31,184 nt of DNA, from the NCBI GenBank assembly GCA_964508725.1, contig CAZDVF010000001.1:1-31184 (forward strand), in the 5' to 3' direction. The translations under genes were made by a program, and so were the position numbers. Of the stretch, positions 9,052 to 19,359 are shown in pieces. The stretch comes from an uncultured bacterium (lineage in GTDB: Bacteria; Zhuqueibacterota; QNDG01; DSAB01). Within the stretch, counting starts at the first letter, position 1. Each line of letters starts with the position of its first letter. The notes under the pieces are model-generated. The model did no database searches and had not been told where the DNA came from. It saw only the letters and a list, made by a program, of their open reading frames with translations.

Positions 9052-9141
9052 TAATCAGACTATTTGGTCCCGATGTCTTAGATCCCGCCTGAGGTTTTCA
9101 ATATTTCTTTCAGATGTTCTGAGAAGGAGCCCTTCCAGTCA

Positions 9142-9615
9142 ATGAAAGCGGAAAGGATGACGAAACGACGCAAGGCAAGAGAACTGGCCCTGCAGGTGCT
9201 GTACGGTTTTGAAGTGTCCGGGAATGCCGTGGATGTCGTGTGTGATGAGATCGCGAGCCGAACCGATGATGAACAGATTGCCGGATTCGCGTCCGAGTTG
9301 TTTCATAAAAGTATTCGGCACAAAGAATCTTTGGACGCCCATGTGGCGTCTGTTGTCGAAAACTGGGATTTTGGCCGCATTGCCATGATTGATCGTCTGA
9401 TTCTCCGTTTGGCCCTCTGTGAATTGCTGCATTTCGATGAAATCCCACCCAAGGTCACGATTAACGAAGCGATTGATTTGGCAAAAAAATTCAGTACTGC
9501 CCAGAGCGGGCGTTTTGTCAACGGCATTCTCGATTCGCTGTTTCGCAAGCTTTTATCCGAGAATAAAATAGTTAAAAAGGGCCGCGGCCTTGTCAATACG
9601 TCCATGCTGCCATGA
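9142..9615 (+). CDS. nusB: Transcription antitermination factor NusB
   Basis: RRKARELALQVLY, IDRLILRLALCEL, PPKVTINEAIDLAKKFS, FVNGILD. Alternative start at ATG 9157. Confidence 0.95.
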   Translation: MKAERMTKRRKARELALQVLYGFEVSGNAVDVVCDEIASRTDDEQIAGFASELFHKSIRHKESLDAHVASVVENWDFGRIAMIDRLILRLALCELLHFDEIPPKVTINEAIDLAKKFSTAQSGRFVNGILDSLFRKLLSENKIVKKGRGLVNTSMLP

Positions 9616-9757
9616 TGCATCCATCTTGCTTTCGAACCGATTAACCTGATGTCCAGGTATCAAGTGCATGCTGTGGTGAATTAAAAAATAAGGGATTTCA
9701 GAGATTGCCTACCCTTCGGAACTTCTGATTCGGGAGCTCGTTAAAGAAGCACAACCG

Positions 9758-10171
9758 ATGGAAAAAGTAATAAAATCTGATTCAGAATGGAAGCACATCC
9801 TCACCCAGGAAGCCTATCGCGTCACGCGCCATAAGGGGACGGAGCCTCCTTTCAGCGGGCAATGCGTCCTTTACCACACAGAAGGAACGTATGTCTGTAT
9901 CTGCTGCGGTGCTTCCCTGTTTCGGTCCGAAGCGAAATTCGATTCCGGATCGGGTTGGCCGAGTTTCACGGAGCCGGCCAGCCCAGAATCCATCCGGTCA
10001 CAAGAAGATGAAAGTCATGGCATGCGCCGGACAGAAGTCCTCTGCGCTGTGTGCGATGCCCATCTGGGTCATGTGTTTGATGATGGACCGTCTCCGACAC
10101 GAAAGCGATACTGTATCAACTCGGCGGCGTTGGGGTTTGAAGGAAATCCCTCAGATCAGATTACAAAATAA
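9758..10171 (+). CDS. msrB: Peptide-methionine (R)-S-oxide reductase
   Basis: KGTEPPFSG, two CxxC zinc ligand pairs, [27 protein letters not shown]. Confidence 0.96.
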   Translation: MEKVIKSDSEWKHILTQEAYRVTRHKGTEPPFSGQCVLYHTEGTYVCICCGASLFRSEAKFDSGSGWPSFTEPASPESIRSQEDESHGMRRTEVLCAVCDAHLGHVFDDGPSPTRKRYCINSAALGFEGNPSDQITK

Positions 10172-10236
10172 TTGTAAACAATCCATGCCTTCATTCCAGA
10201 TGAAACAGTGTAAACATCACCAGCGGAGCACAATCC

Positions 10237-13200
10237 ATGATCAGTAAATTTGTCGAGAAAATTTTCGGCAGCAAACATGACCGCGATGTCAAACGGCTTG
10301 AACCGATGGTTGTTGAAATCAATCAGATTTTCGACACATTGTCCGATCTCTCTGATGACGAACTCAAGGCAAAAACCGAGACGTTCCGTTCCATCATTCT
10401 CGAACGGGCGGGGCCCATCCGAGAAGAGATCGCCGCTTTGCGCGACAAGCTGCATTCTGTAGGCTCTGACGAAGCCCTCGATTTTGAGTCCATCCGCCAC
10501 CAGATCGAAGAGCTTGAGAAGAAAGAGGACGAAGCGACCGAGGCCGTGCTCCTGGAAATCTTACCCGAGGCTTTTGCCGTAGTCAAAGAGACATGCCGAC
10601 GTCTTGTCGGCAAATCGTGGAAGGTTGTTGACCAGGAGATGGTGTGGGACATGGTCCCTTTCGACATGCAGCTTTTGGGCGGCATTGTTCTGCACGAGGG
10701 CAAGATCGCTGAAATGGCCACGGGCGAGGGCAAGACGCTGGTGGCTACCATGCCCCTCTACCTCAATGCCCTTGTGGGCAAGGGATCCCATCTGGTCACG
10801 GTCAACGATTATCTGGCGCGACGCGACTGCGAATGGATGGGTGAGATTTACAAGTTTCTCGGACTCACTGTTGCTTACATTACAAATGACATGGATCCCA
10901 GTGTCAGAAAGCAAGCGTACCAGGCTGACATTACCTACGGCACCAACAATGAGTTCGGATTCGATTATCTGCGTGACAATATGGCTATATCCCTCGAGGG
11001 TGTCGTCCAGATGGGACATCATTACGCCATCATCGACGAGGTCGATTCAGTGCTCGTTGACGAAGCGCGGACGCCGCTCATCATCTCGGGACCTGTGGGC
11101 GAGTCGAAGAATCAGTTCGCTGAAGTCAAGCCGCAGGTTGAACAATTGGTTCGAAGCCAATCCCTTCTGGTCAACCGACTGGTGGCGGAAGGGGAAGAGC
11201 TTCTCAAGGATGAGGATAAAGAGTACGAAGCCGGCATCAAACTTCTTCAAGTTCAGCGGGGGACACCCAAGAACAAGCGTCTCCTTAAGATTATCCGCGA
11301 GCCGGGTGTGCAAAAACTGATTCGCCGGGTCGAGTCGGATTACATGCGCGACAAGCGTCTGAACGAGCTGGATCAAGTCCTCTTCTACGTCATCGAAGAG
11401 AAAGCCCATACTATTGACCTGACAGAAAAGGGCCGGGAGGCTCTGGCTCCAAACAATCCTGATATGTTCATCCTTCCCGATCTGGCCACGACATTGTCCG
11501 AACTCGAAGGCAACGAAGATCTGGATCTTTTGTCCCGCGAACGCAGGAAAGAAGAGCTGCAGAGCGACTATGCTGAAAAGAGCGAACGGCTGCACAACAT
11601 CAGCCAACTTCTTCGCGCCTATTCCCTTTTTGAGAAAGACGTGGAATACGTGGTCACCGAAGACGGCAAGGTCATGATCGTGGATGAATTTACCGGCCGG
11701 CTCATGCCAGGCCGGCGGTATTCAGATGGTCTGCACCAGGCGCTGGAGGCAAAAGAGAACGTCCGGATCGAGCGGGAGACCCAGACGCTGGCCACAATCA
11801 CATTGCAAAACTTTTTCCGCCTTTACACCAAACTGGCCGGAATGACGGGAACAGCTGAAACGGAAGCCGGGGAATTTTGGGAGATCTACAAGCTGGATGT
11901 GGTGGTCATCCCCACAAACGAGCCGGTGCGCCGGTCCGATCAGAACGACGTGGTTTACCGCACCAAACGCGAGAAGTACAACGCCATCATCGACGAGGTG
12001 GAAGCCCTTCACGAAGCCGGACTACCCGTACTCGTGGGCACTGTGACCGTCGAAGTGTCCGAGACTCTCTCGCGGATGCTCAGACGCCGGAACATCCGGC
12101 ATTCCGTTCTCAACGCCAAATACCATCAGAAAGAAGCCGAGATTGTTTCCCGCGCCGGAGAGCCTGGCATGGTGACCATCGCTACCAACATGGCAGGCCG
12201 TGGAACAGACATCAAGCTGGGCGCCGGTGTCATTCGGTACGACGATGACGCACTCGATAAGCTGGTCAAGCATATTGAGAGTCTGCGTGGACGGTGTGTG
12301 GTGATTCACGAGTTGACCCGGGACGTCATTACCCGCGTTGTAAAAAAATGTGAGGAGCGGCAGCTCTCCTGCCGTGTTGTCGCAACACTTGAAGAAAAGA
12401 ATGTCCTCCTCTCAAACGAGGGATCCAGCGCAGAAAACGGATACTATTTTATCCCCAAAAAGTTGGGAGCGTCTACAGACGCCCGTTCCGGCTCCCCGGA
12501 TCTCGTGCACATCAAGGCACGCGATTACGCATTGGGCGGACTTTGCATCATCGGAACCGAGCGGCATGAAGCCCGGCGCATCGACCGGCAACTACGGGGA
12601 CGCAGCGGCCGGCAGGGCGATCCCGGATTTTCCCGATTCTATCTTTCGCTGGAAGACGACCTCATGCGGCTCTTCGGGTCCGAGCGCATCGCCGGCGTGA
12701 TGGACCGTATGGGACTGGAAGAGGGCGAAGTCATCACCCACGGCATGATCACCAAATCCATCGAAAGGGCGCAGAAACGGGTGGAGATGCGCAATTTTGA
12801 CATCCGCAAGCATCTTCTTGAATATGATGATGTGATGACCAAGCAGCGGGAGGTTGTTTATAACCGCCGCCGTCGCGCGTTGGAGGGTGAAAATCTGCAC
12901 GATGACATCCTTGAGATGATCGAAGATTTTGTAGATGATACTGTTGATCAGTACCTGACCTCCAGAGAATATGGTGAGGGCTGGGATCTGGAAGGCCTCA
13001 GTGACGCCATGCTCAAGGCCATGCTGTTGCCGGTTGCCGTCCCGGACGATGAGCTGGAAATCCTGGATGCCAGCGATTTGTCCGATCGCATCAAGAAAGA
13101 AGCGCAAGCCGCGTATGAACGGAAACGGCAAGCCCTGGGCAACGATTTGATGGGCCAGCTCGAACGATTCGCAACCCTGAAAAGTATTGACGAACGGTGG

Positions 13201-13611
13201 AAGGAACACCTCTACGAGATGGACCAGCTGAAAGAGGGCATCGGCCTCAGGGCCTATGGTCAGAAGGATCCCCTTCTCGAATACAAGCAGGAAGGATTCC
13301 GAACCTTTGCTGAAATGCTGGGCCGCATCAACGAGGATGTGCTTGAAATCGTGTTCAAGGCCCAAATCCAGGTCGATCGCGGACGAGACGCATGGGAGTC
13401 GCAGCGTCGTCAACCGTCTGAGATGGCCACGGTCCACAAGAACGCAGTGGGCATGGGTTTTGCAGGTCAACCAAGCCAATCCCAAGGAGATGAGGCAAGA
13501 CCTCCCAGAGTGGGCAAGCCACAACCTGTCCATGTCGAAAAGCGGGTGGGAAGAAATGAGCCATGTCCCTGCGGAAGCGGTAAAAAATACAAACACTGTT
13601 GCGGAAAATAG
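10237..13611 (+). CDS. secA: Preprotein translocase ATPase SecA (long form, 1124 aa)
   Basis: MATGEGKT, YGTNNEFGFDYLRDN, IIDEVDSVLVDEARTPLIISG, NMAGRGTDI, GTERHEARRIDRQLRGRSGRQGDPG, and C-terminal SEC-C motif CPCGSGKKYKHCC. Confidence 0.99.
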   Translation: MISKFVEKIFGSKHDRDVKRLEPMVVEINQIFDTLSDLSDDELKAKTETFRSIILERAGPIREEIAALRDKLHSVGSDEALDFESIRHQIEELEKKEDEATEAVLLEILPEAFAVVKETCRRLVGKSWKVVDQEMVWDMVPFDMQLLGGIVLHEGKIAEMATGEGKTLVATMPLYLNALVGKGSHLVTVNDYLARRDCEWMGEIYKFLGLTVAYITNDMDPSVRKQAYQADITYGTNNEFGFDYLRDNMAISLEGVVQMGHHYAIIDEVDSVLVDEARTPLIISGPVGESKNQFAEVKPQVEQLVRSQSLLVNRLVAEGEELLKDEDKEYEAGIKLLQVQRGTPKNKRLLKIIREPGVQKLIRRVESDYMRDKRLNELDQVLFYVIEEKAHTIDLTEKGREALAPNNPDMFILPDLATTLSELEGNEDLDLLSRERRKEELQSDYAEKSERLHNISQLLRAYSLFEKDVEYVVTEDGKVMIVDEFTGRLMPGRRYSDGLHQALEAKENVRIERETQTLATITLQNFFRLYTKLAGMTGTAETEAGEFWEIYKLDVVVIPTNEPVRRSDQNDVVYRTKREKYNAIIDEVEALHEAGLPVLVGTVTVEVSETLSRMLRRRNIRHSVLNAKYHQKEAEIVSRAGEPGMVTIATNMAGRGTDIKLGAGVIRYDDDALDKLVKHIESLRGRCVVIHELTRDVITRVVKKCEERQLSCRVVATLEEKNVLLSNEGSSAENGYYFIPKKLGASTDARSGSPDLVHIKARDYALGGLCIIGTERHEARRIDRQLRGRSGRQGDPGFSRFYLSLEDDLMRLFGSERIAGVMDRMGLEEGEVITHGMITKSIERAQKRVEMRNFDIRKHLLEYDDVMTKQREVVYNRRRRALEGENLHDDILEMIEDFVDDTVDQYLTSREYGEGWDLEGLSDAMLKAMLLPVAVPDDELEILDASDLSDRIKKEAQAAYERKRQALGNDLMGQLERFATLKSIDERWKEHLYEMDQLKEGIGLRAYGQKDPLLEYKQEGFRTFAEMLGRINEDVLEIVFKAQIQVDRGRDAWESQRRQPSEMATVHKNAVGMGFAGQPSQSQGDEARPPRVGKPQPVHVEKRVGRNEPCPCGSGKKYKHCCGK

Positions 13612-13640
13612 TCACCTACTACACAGACCGGAGATTGTGA

Positions 13641-15854
13641 ATGCCCAAATCGCTTGTCATTGTTGAGTCAGATGCCAAATCGAAAACCATCAACCGCTTT
13701 TTAGGAAAAGACTTCGTTGTTCGCGCTTCAATTGGTCATGTGAAAAACCTGCCAAAAAACAGACTGGGCGTGGATATCGAGAACGGATTCGAACCCGAGT
13801 ATATCACCATCAGGGGCCGGGGGAAAGTGCTCCGTGAACTGAAACGGCTGGCTGCAACGGCTGATACAGTCTATCTGGCCACAGACCCTGATCGTGAGGG
13901 AGAAGCCATTGCAGCGCACCTGGCCACTGAGATTGGCCGTATTAACGGGACGATACGCCGGGTTCTCTTTTTTGAAATCACCGAGCAAGCCATTCGTGAC
14001 GCCGTAAAGAACGCTCTGGAGATTGACACGGACAAGGTGGAGGCCCAGAAAGCCCGCCGTGTCATGGACCGGCTTGTGGGATATCAGGTCAGCCCTTTTC
14101 TCTGGAAGACAGTCTACCGCGGTTTGTCAGCCGGACGCGTTCAATCGGTGGCGCTGCGTCTGGTATGTGAACGCGAGCAGGAGATCTCCGGTTTTACGCC
14201 TCGGGAGTACTGGAGCATCGAAGCCGATTTTGGGACATCCCAAGGTGAGACACTCCACTCCAAACTTTTCAAGATCGGGGGAAAAGACGTTGAGATCCCC
14301 AATGAGGATGCGGTTCAACGACACGTCCATTTTCTTCGGAGCGCATCCTATGCCATTTCAGATATCAAAACCAAGGATGTCGAACGCCGTCCCCAACCGC
14401 CTTACATCACCAGCACCATGCAGCAGGACGCTGCGCGCCGTCTCAATATGACAACGAAACAGATCATGGCCGTGGCCCAGCAGCTCTATGAAGGTGTTGA
14501 TTTGCCTGAGGGCAGGGTTGGATTGATCACCTATATGCGAACGGATGCCACGCGCCTGGCGAAAAGCGCAGTCGAAGGTACCCGACAATTTATTGCCGAG
14601 AATTACGGCCTGGAGTATGTGCCCAGTAAGCCTGCAATCTACAGAAGTAAGAAGTCCGCCCAGGGCGCCCATGAGGCCATCCGGCCAACAGCGGTCAGTC
14701 GCACACCCAAGGCCCTGTCATCGTACCTTACGCCGAGCCAGCGGAAACTGTATGAATTGATTTGGAACCGATACGTCGCCTGCCAGATGAAGCCGGCGCG
14801 GCTCAAGCAGACGGTCATCGATATCACGGCCGGGGACTATCAGTTCCGCACAACCGGATCGATTGTCACCTTCCGCGGCTTCATGCAGGTCTACGACATG
14901 GGGAAAACCGACGAAGAGTCAGTCAAAATTCCTCAGAAAATCCGCAAGGGTGATGGTGTCGAGGTGGAGAAACTGGATCCGCAACAGCACTTTACCAAAC
15001 CGCCGGCCCGTTTTAACGAAAGCAGCCTGGTTAAGGAGCTGGACAACCTGGGAATCGGCAGGCCATCCACCTATGCGCTCATCATCTCAACGCTTCTGGA
15101 TCGCAAGTATGTGATCAAGAATGCCCGTAGTCTGGCAGCCACTGACCTGGGCATGGCGGTGAATGCGATTTTGGTGAAACAGTTTCCCGATATTTTCAGC
15201 GTGGATTTTACCGCCAGGATGGAAGAAGAACTGGATCAGATTGAATCTGGTGAAAAAGTGCGAGACCGGGTGATTCAGGATTTTTACGGCCCCTTCACCG
15301 AGGCGATGGAGCGGGCCATGGCCAGGAAAGAGGAGATCAAGGAGTCGCTCCAGGAGGAGACCCAGGAACGCTGCCCCAAATGTGGAAAGGAGCTGGTGGT
15401 GAAGTGGGGCCGTAACGGGCGCTTTATCGCCTGTACAGGGTACCCGGATTGCCGTCACACCCAAGCGCTCGATGGCGAAACACTGGAGACAAACGAGACC
15501 TGTGACCAGTGCGGTTCCAAGATGGTGGTCAAAACAGGACGGTTTGGCCGCTTCCTGGCCTGTTCAAACTATCCTGACTGTAAATTCACAAAACCGTATA
15601 CAACAGGTGTGCCATGTCCTGAAGGCGAGTGTAGTGGGGAGCTGGTTGAGCGCAAGAGCAAAAGAGGAAAAACATTTTACGGGTGTTCCGCCTATCCCAA
15701 ATGCAAGTACGCCACATGGTACAGACCGGTGTTGATCCCGTGTCCTCATTGCGGCAATACATACATGGAAGAGCGTTTTAACAAGACGAAGGGGGAATTT
15801 CTGTACTGCCCGAAATGCAAGGCGGACGTCAAGAAAGAAGAATCTGTATCCTAA
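13641..15854 (+). CDS. topA: DNA topoisomerase I with four C-terminal zinc-ribbon-like repeats
   Basis: LVIVES, ATDPDREGE, SAGRVQ, catalytic LITYMRTD, AHEAIRPT, GIGRPSTY, C4 repeats. Confidence 0.98.
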   Translation: MPKSLVIVESDAKSKTINRFLGKDFVVRASIGHVKNLPKNRLGVDIENGFEPEYITIRGRGKVLRELKRLAATADTVYLATDPDREGEAIAAHLATEIGRINGTIRRVLFFEITEQAIRDAVKNALEIDTDKVEAQKARRVMDRLVGYQVSPFLWKTVYRGLSAGRVQSVALRLVCEREQEISGFTPREYWSIEADFGTSQGETLHSKLFKIGGKDVEIPNEDAVQRHVHFLRSASYAISDIKTKDVERRPQPPYITSTMQQDAARRLNMTTKQIMAVAQQLYEGVDLPEGRVGLITYMRTDATRLAKSAVEGTRQFIAENYGLEYVPSKPAIYRSKKSAQGAHEAIRPTAVSRTPKALSSYLTPSQRKLYELIWNRYVACQMKPARLKQTVIDITAGDYQFRTTGSIVTFRGFMQVYDMGKTDEESVKIPQKIRKGDGVEVEKLDPQQHFTKPPARFNESSLVKELDNLGIGRPSTYALIISTLLDRKYVIKNARSLAATDLGMAVNAILVKQFPDIFSVDFTARMEEELDQIESGEKVRDRVIQDFYGPFTEAMERAMARKEEIKESLQEETQERCPKCGKELVVKWGRNGRFIACTGYPDCRHTQALDGETLETNETCDQCGSKMVVKTGRFGRFLACSNYPDCKFTKPYTTGVPCPEGECSGELVERKSKRGKTFYGCSAYPKCKYATWYRPVLIPCPHCGNTYMEERFNKTKGEFLYCPKCKADVKKEESVS

Positions 15855-15875
15855 TCTGACATACGGTCAGGTGAT

Positions 15876-16799
15876 TTGGAAGCTGCTCTCAAACATTTTA
15901 TCCGGTATCTTTCCCAGGAACGACGATACTCTCCCCATACAGTCATCGCGTATCAGAGAGATGTCGAACAATTTGCTGCGTTCCTTGAGCAAAAATATGG
16001 AAGGGAGGCATCCGGACAGTTATTGTCCGGAGCGGGTAAAGAGGAGATTCGCGCGTTCTTGGCGGCCCTGGTGCGGCACGGCATTCAGAAACGCAGTGTG
16101 GGTCGCAAGCTGGCCTCTCTCCGCGCTTTTTTTGGTTTCCTCGTAAAATCGGGAGTCATCCCGATTAATCCTGCGCGAGGATTCGCCGCACCCAAAGCTG
16201 AAAAACGCCTGCCCCATGTTCTTCGGGAAGAAGAGGTCCGAAAAGCACTGGATTCCATTTCACATGATTCGGTCTCCGGATTGCGAGACCTGGCCATCCT
16301 CGAACTCTTTTATGGAACAGGGATGCGTTTGGCCGAGTTGGAAAACCTCAATATCCGTGATGTTGATTTTCGGGCAGGAACCGTGCGTGTCCTTGGCAAA
16401 GGTGCCAAGGAACGGATTCTACCTCTGGGCAGACATGTAGCCCGCGCGCTCAGGGCGTATCTTGACAGTCGTCCTGTGATGTCCAGCGAAGAGGCCTTCA
16501 TCCTCAACAGATCGAACAGGAGGATGTCCAAACGGGGGATCCAGCGTGTTGTCAATCACTGTCTCAAACGTGTGTCCGAACAGGCGACGCTTAGCCCCCA
16601 TGTGTTGCGGCACACCTTTGCGACCCATCTATTGGACCGTGGGGCAAACCTGGAGGCTGTCAAAGAGCTGCTGGGACACAGCAGTCTTTCCACGACACAA
16701 CAATACACCCATCTCACGACGGACCGGCTGCGCCATATTTATCGCCAGACGCATCCCCGGGCCGAAGACAAGGATGAAGCACGATCAATTAGTCAATAA
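15876..16799 (+). CDS. xerC: Tyrosine recombinase XerC (XerC/D family)
   Basis: Catalytic R (GMRLAEL), K (GKGAKER), HxxR (PHVLRHTFATH), H (LLGH), Y (TTQQYTH). Housekeeping context after topA. Confidence 0.88.
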   Translation: MEAALKHFIRYLSQERRYSPHTVIAYQRDVEQFAAFLEQKYGREASGQLLSGAGKEEIRAFLAALVRHGIQKRSVGRKLASLRAFFGFLVKSGVIPINPARGFAAPKAEKRLPHVLREEEVRKALDSISHDSVSGLRDLAILELFYGTGMRLAELENLNIRDVDFRAGTVRVLGKGAKERILPLGRHVARALRAYLDSRPVMSSEEAFILNRSNRRMSKRGIQRVVNHCLKRVSEQATLSPHVLRHTFATHLLDRGANLEAVKELLGHSSLSTTQQYTHLTTDRLRHIYRQTHPRAEDKDEARSISQ

Positions 16800-16812
16800 G
16801 GAGAAACGTCTC

Positions 16813-17169
16813 ATGCGTATCAATGTCACAGCCCGCCATTTTAAACTGTCTGAAGATTTGAGAAATCACGCTGAGAACGAGGTTCACCGCCTGAAGCGGT
16901 ATTACGAAGGAATTATTGATGTTGATATTGTCTTGGGTTGGGAGAAAAAAGATCGCATAGCAGAAATCAACATTCGTGTTAACGGTACAGTTTTAACGGC
17001 CCGAGAGCGGTCAGACGACATGATCAAATCCATCAACAACGCCGTAGACAAACTGGAACGACAGATCAAGAGATACAAGGGCAAAGTGTACGGATTTGAG
17101 CACGAAAAAATCGGAATCGAACCTGAAGTGACGGAAGAAGTATCCCAAAATTACGATGAGGATGTTTAA
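16813..17169 (+). CDS. hpf: Ribosome hibernation factor HPF/RaiA (short form, 118 aa)
   Basis: MRINVTARHFKLSEDLR...AVDKLERQIKRYK. Start moved from 16546 to ATG 16813 behind a TAAGGAGA RBS. Confidence 0.92.
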   Translation: MRINVTARHFKLSEDLRNHAENEVHRLKRYYEGIIDVDIVLGWEKKDRIAEINIRVNGTVLTARERSDDMIKSINNAVDKLERQIKRYKGKVYGFEHEKIGIEPEVTEEVSQNYDEDV

Positions 17170-17243
17170 CTTGCTATTTTGTGGATCAATCAGGTCATTC
17201 ATTGACTGCAAAGAATCAACATAAAAGAGATGGTGAGAGTCGC

Positions 17244-18212
17244 ATGGACTTGACGGCTGGAATCCTGTTCAAGGAAAATCAGCGCAGACTCATGCTCAGG
17301 CTGGTTAATACGAAAAAGGGATTTGCATGCCGAATCACCGATTCGGAAATTCATCGGCCCGGGCTCGCCCTGGCCGGCTTTATGGATCTTTTCCATACGA
17401 AGCAAATCCAGATCTGCGGCAACACAGAGCTAGCTTATTTGCGCAAGCTGTCTCCTAAACATCGGGAGGAAATCCTCAGGCGGGTGCTGTCAGTTGATAT
17501 CCCCCTGATCATCATCACGAATAATGGCCGTTTGCCGTCACCGTTTACCCGTGTGGCCGACGAAAAGGGAATATCCATCTTTCGGACTCCCCTGCCAACA
17601 GGAAAGTTGGCACAGCTTCTTCAGGATTATCTGGATGAAAAATTTGCGCCACGAACACACATCCACGGTTCTTTGGTTGACGTGTATGGCATTGGCGTGC
17701 TTATCTGTGGTCGAAGCGGTATCGGTAAGAGCGAAGTTGCGCTGGATTTGGTGGCGAACGGACACCGTCTCATTGTTGATGATGTCGTCACTGTGTCCCG
17801 GCACGCAGGGGGCGTGCTCATCGGGACGGGTAATCCGACACTCGGGTATCACATGGAGATTCGCGGTGTGGGGATTGTCGATATCCAGGCCATTTATGGC
17901 ATACGCTCGATTCGTCGACGGAAGCGCGTGGAAGTTCAGGTTGACCTGGTGGATTGGGACAAAACCCAAAAGGTTGAACGGTTGGATCTTGATGAGTCCA
18001 CTGTGGAAATTCTAGGTGAAACAGTCCCTGTCGTTCGTCTGCCCATCTACCCTGGCAAGAATATTTCCGTGATTATTGAAGTCATCGCCCTGAACCAGCT
18101 TCTGCGCATCCATGGACGCCATGCGGCCAGGGCCTTTACATCACGCATTGACCGAAAAATGACGTTTGGTCTTGATGAAACTCTGGATTATCTGGGGCGT
18201 GATGACGAGTAA
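17244..18212 (+). CDS. hprK: HPr(Ser) kinase/phosphorylase
   Basis: IHRPGLALAGF, IHGSLVDVYGIGVLICGRSGIGKSE (Walker A), HRLIVDD, MEIRGVGIVDI, GKNISVIIE. Start probably ATG 17244. Confidence 0.96.
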   Translation: MDLTAGILFKENQRRLMLRLVNTKKGFACRITDSEIHRPGLALAGFMDLFHTKQIQICGNTELAYLRKLSPKHREEILRRVLSVDIPLIIITNNGRLPSPFTRVADEKGISIFRTPLPTGKLAQLLQDYLDEKFAPRTHIHGSLVDVYGIGVLICGRSGIGKSEVALDLVANGHRLIVDDVVTVSRHAGGVLIGTGNPTLGYHMEIRGVGIVDIQAIYGIRSIRRRKRVEVQVDLVDWDKTQKVERLDLDESTVEILGETVPVVRLPIYPGKNISVIIEVIALNQLLRIHGRHAARAFTSRIDRKMTFGLDETLDYLGRDDE

Positions 18213-18381
18213 GAGGTTGTTGCGCGATAGTGATGCTGAAAACAGACAAGAACGACCGGAAGATCCGTCGGATCGCCGTGAATATCTTCAGGTCTGGATA
18301 AATGATAATTGATCAAGCAGCGGACCAGGCAGACATACACGGATCTGTAGAGTGCCATCGCGGCATGTGGGGAGAGAACAG

Positions 18382-19218
18382 ATGGCTGAACGCAAGACAG
18401 AACTGATCGTGGGGGTCACGGTAGCCCTGTCCATTTTTATCCTCGTTTTGGGGATCATCTGGGGCAAGGGATCCAAGATATTTTCCCGTCGCGTTGAGCT
18501 GGATGTCCGTTTTGAAAATGTATCCGGACTGGAAACTGGCGACCCGGTCTATGTTCGCGGCGTCAAGCAGGGAGAGGTGGAATCCATTTCCCTCGAGAAA
18601 GGATCTGCGCATGTCCGCATCTGGATTCATGATTCCGTCTATCTCAGTACAGATCTGACTGTGACTATCGAAATGGAGGAGATCCTTGGCGGCAAGCAGG
18701 TTACTGTCAATCCGGGTGTCAGCGGGCATCCTTTCGATGTCAGTCAGCCGATTCGTGGTGCGGTAAGCGGCGACATCAAGGACCTCCTAAATCATACAAA
18801 TCAGGTCCTAACCGGAGCAGATTCGCTTCTTCATCATGTTCGGCTCTTCCTGGATCAGAGTGATGTTTCCGGAGTGCTCAAGCGAATCAAGAGCCTGACA
18901 GTCCAGATTGAGGCGTTCCTCCAGGAAAATCGAAATGATTTGCGATTGACAGCCGAGCGGATGGAGTCGATCACGAAAACCATCGAAGAGGATTCCACTG
19001 CTGTCCGCGTGGGCGTTCTCGTCACACGCATGGACAGCACCCTGGTTTTGATGCAAGATCTTCTCATTCAGGCGCAGAGCGATGAGGGCACACTGGGAAA
19101 GCTGATGCAAGATCGCTGGCTCTATGATCATCTCCTGAAAACCACAGCGGATCTGGATTCCCTCGTTCAAGATATCAAAGCCAATCCGAAACGATATATC
19201 CACCTGAAAATCTTTTGA
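18382..19218 (+). CDS. MlaD/MCE family lipid transport protein
   Basis: Single N-terminal TM helix, MCE motif FENVSGLETGDPVYVRGVKQGEV, helical region, and C-terminus EGTLGKL...DIKANPKRY. Start probably ATG 18382. Confidence 0.9.
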   Translation: MAERKTELIVGVTVALSIFILVLGIIWGKGSKIFSRRVELDVRFENVSGLETGDPVYVRGVKQGEVESISLEKGSAHVRIWIHDSVYLSTDLTVTIEMEEILGGKQVTVNPGVSGHPFDVSQPIRGAVSGDIKDLLNHTNQVLTGADSLLHHVRLFLDQSDVSGVLKRIKSLTVQIEAFLQENRNDLRLTAERMESITKTIEEDSTAVRVGVLVTRMDSTLVLMQDLLIQAQSDEGTLGKLMQDRWLYDHLLKTTADLDSLVQDIKANPKRYIHLKIF

Positions 19219-19359
19219 CTTTTACTTGCGTATTTTGTAGATTGACTCAATCGTTGGCCGGATGGTAAACATCCAGTTGACCTTTTGTCTGCTAATCGCA
19301 ATTCCCTCAGAATACGAGAGTTGACAGGCCAACCGGTTTTATGATGAGGCGGATATTCC

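Noticed and set aside
9758-10171. Selenocysteine or recoding in msrB
   Set aside because: The catalytic codon is an ordinary Cys (RYCINS) with no in-frame TGA.
12592-13596. Long antisense ORFs (this 334-aa one, also 807-1649, 1615-2325, 7851-8567, 20081-20962, 21364-21954)
   Set aside because: They lie opposite well-supported genes, show no recognisable motifs, and are expected shadows of codon bias at this GC content.
15876-16799. Tyrosine recombinase as a sign of a prophage or integrative element
   Set aside because: XerC-like size and motifs in a housekeeping context. No att repeats, cargo genes or tRNA duplication seen.
18203-18381. Small ORFs in the hprK-mlaD spacer (36 aa and 22 aa)
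   Set aside because: No clear RBS, homology cues or coding-like features.
19347-19358. ops/JUMPstart-like GGCGG before the glycan operon
   Set aside because: It reads GGCGGATA, not GGCGGTAG, and lacks the rest of the JUMPstart consensus.
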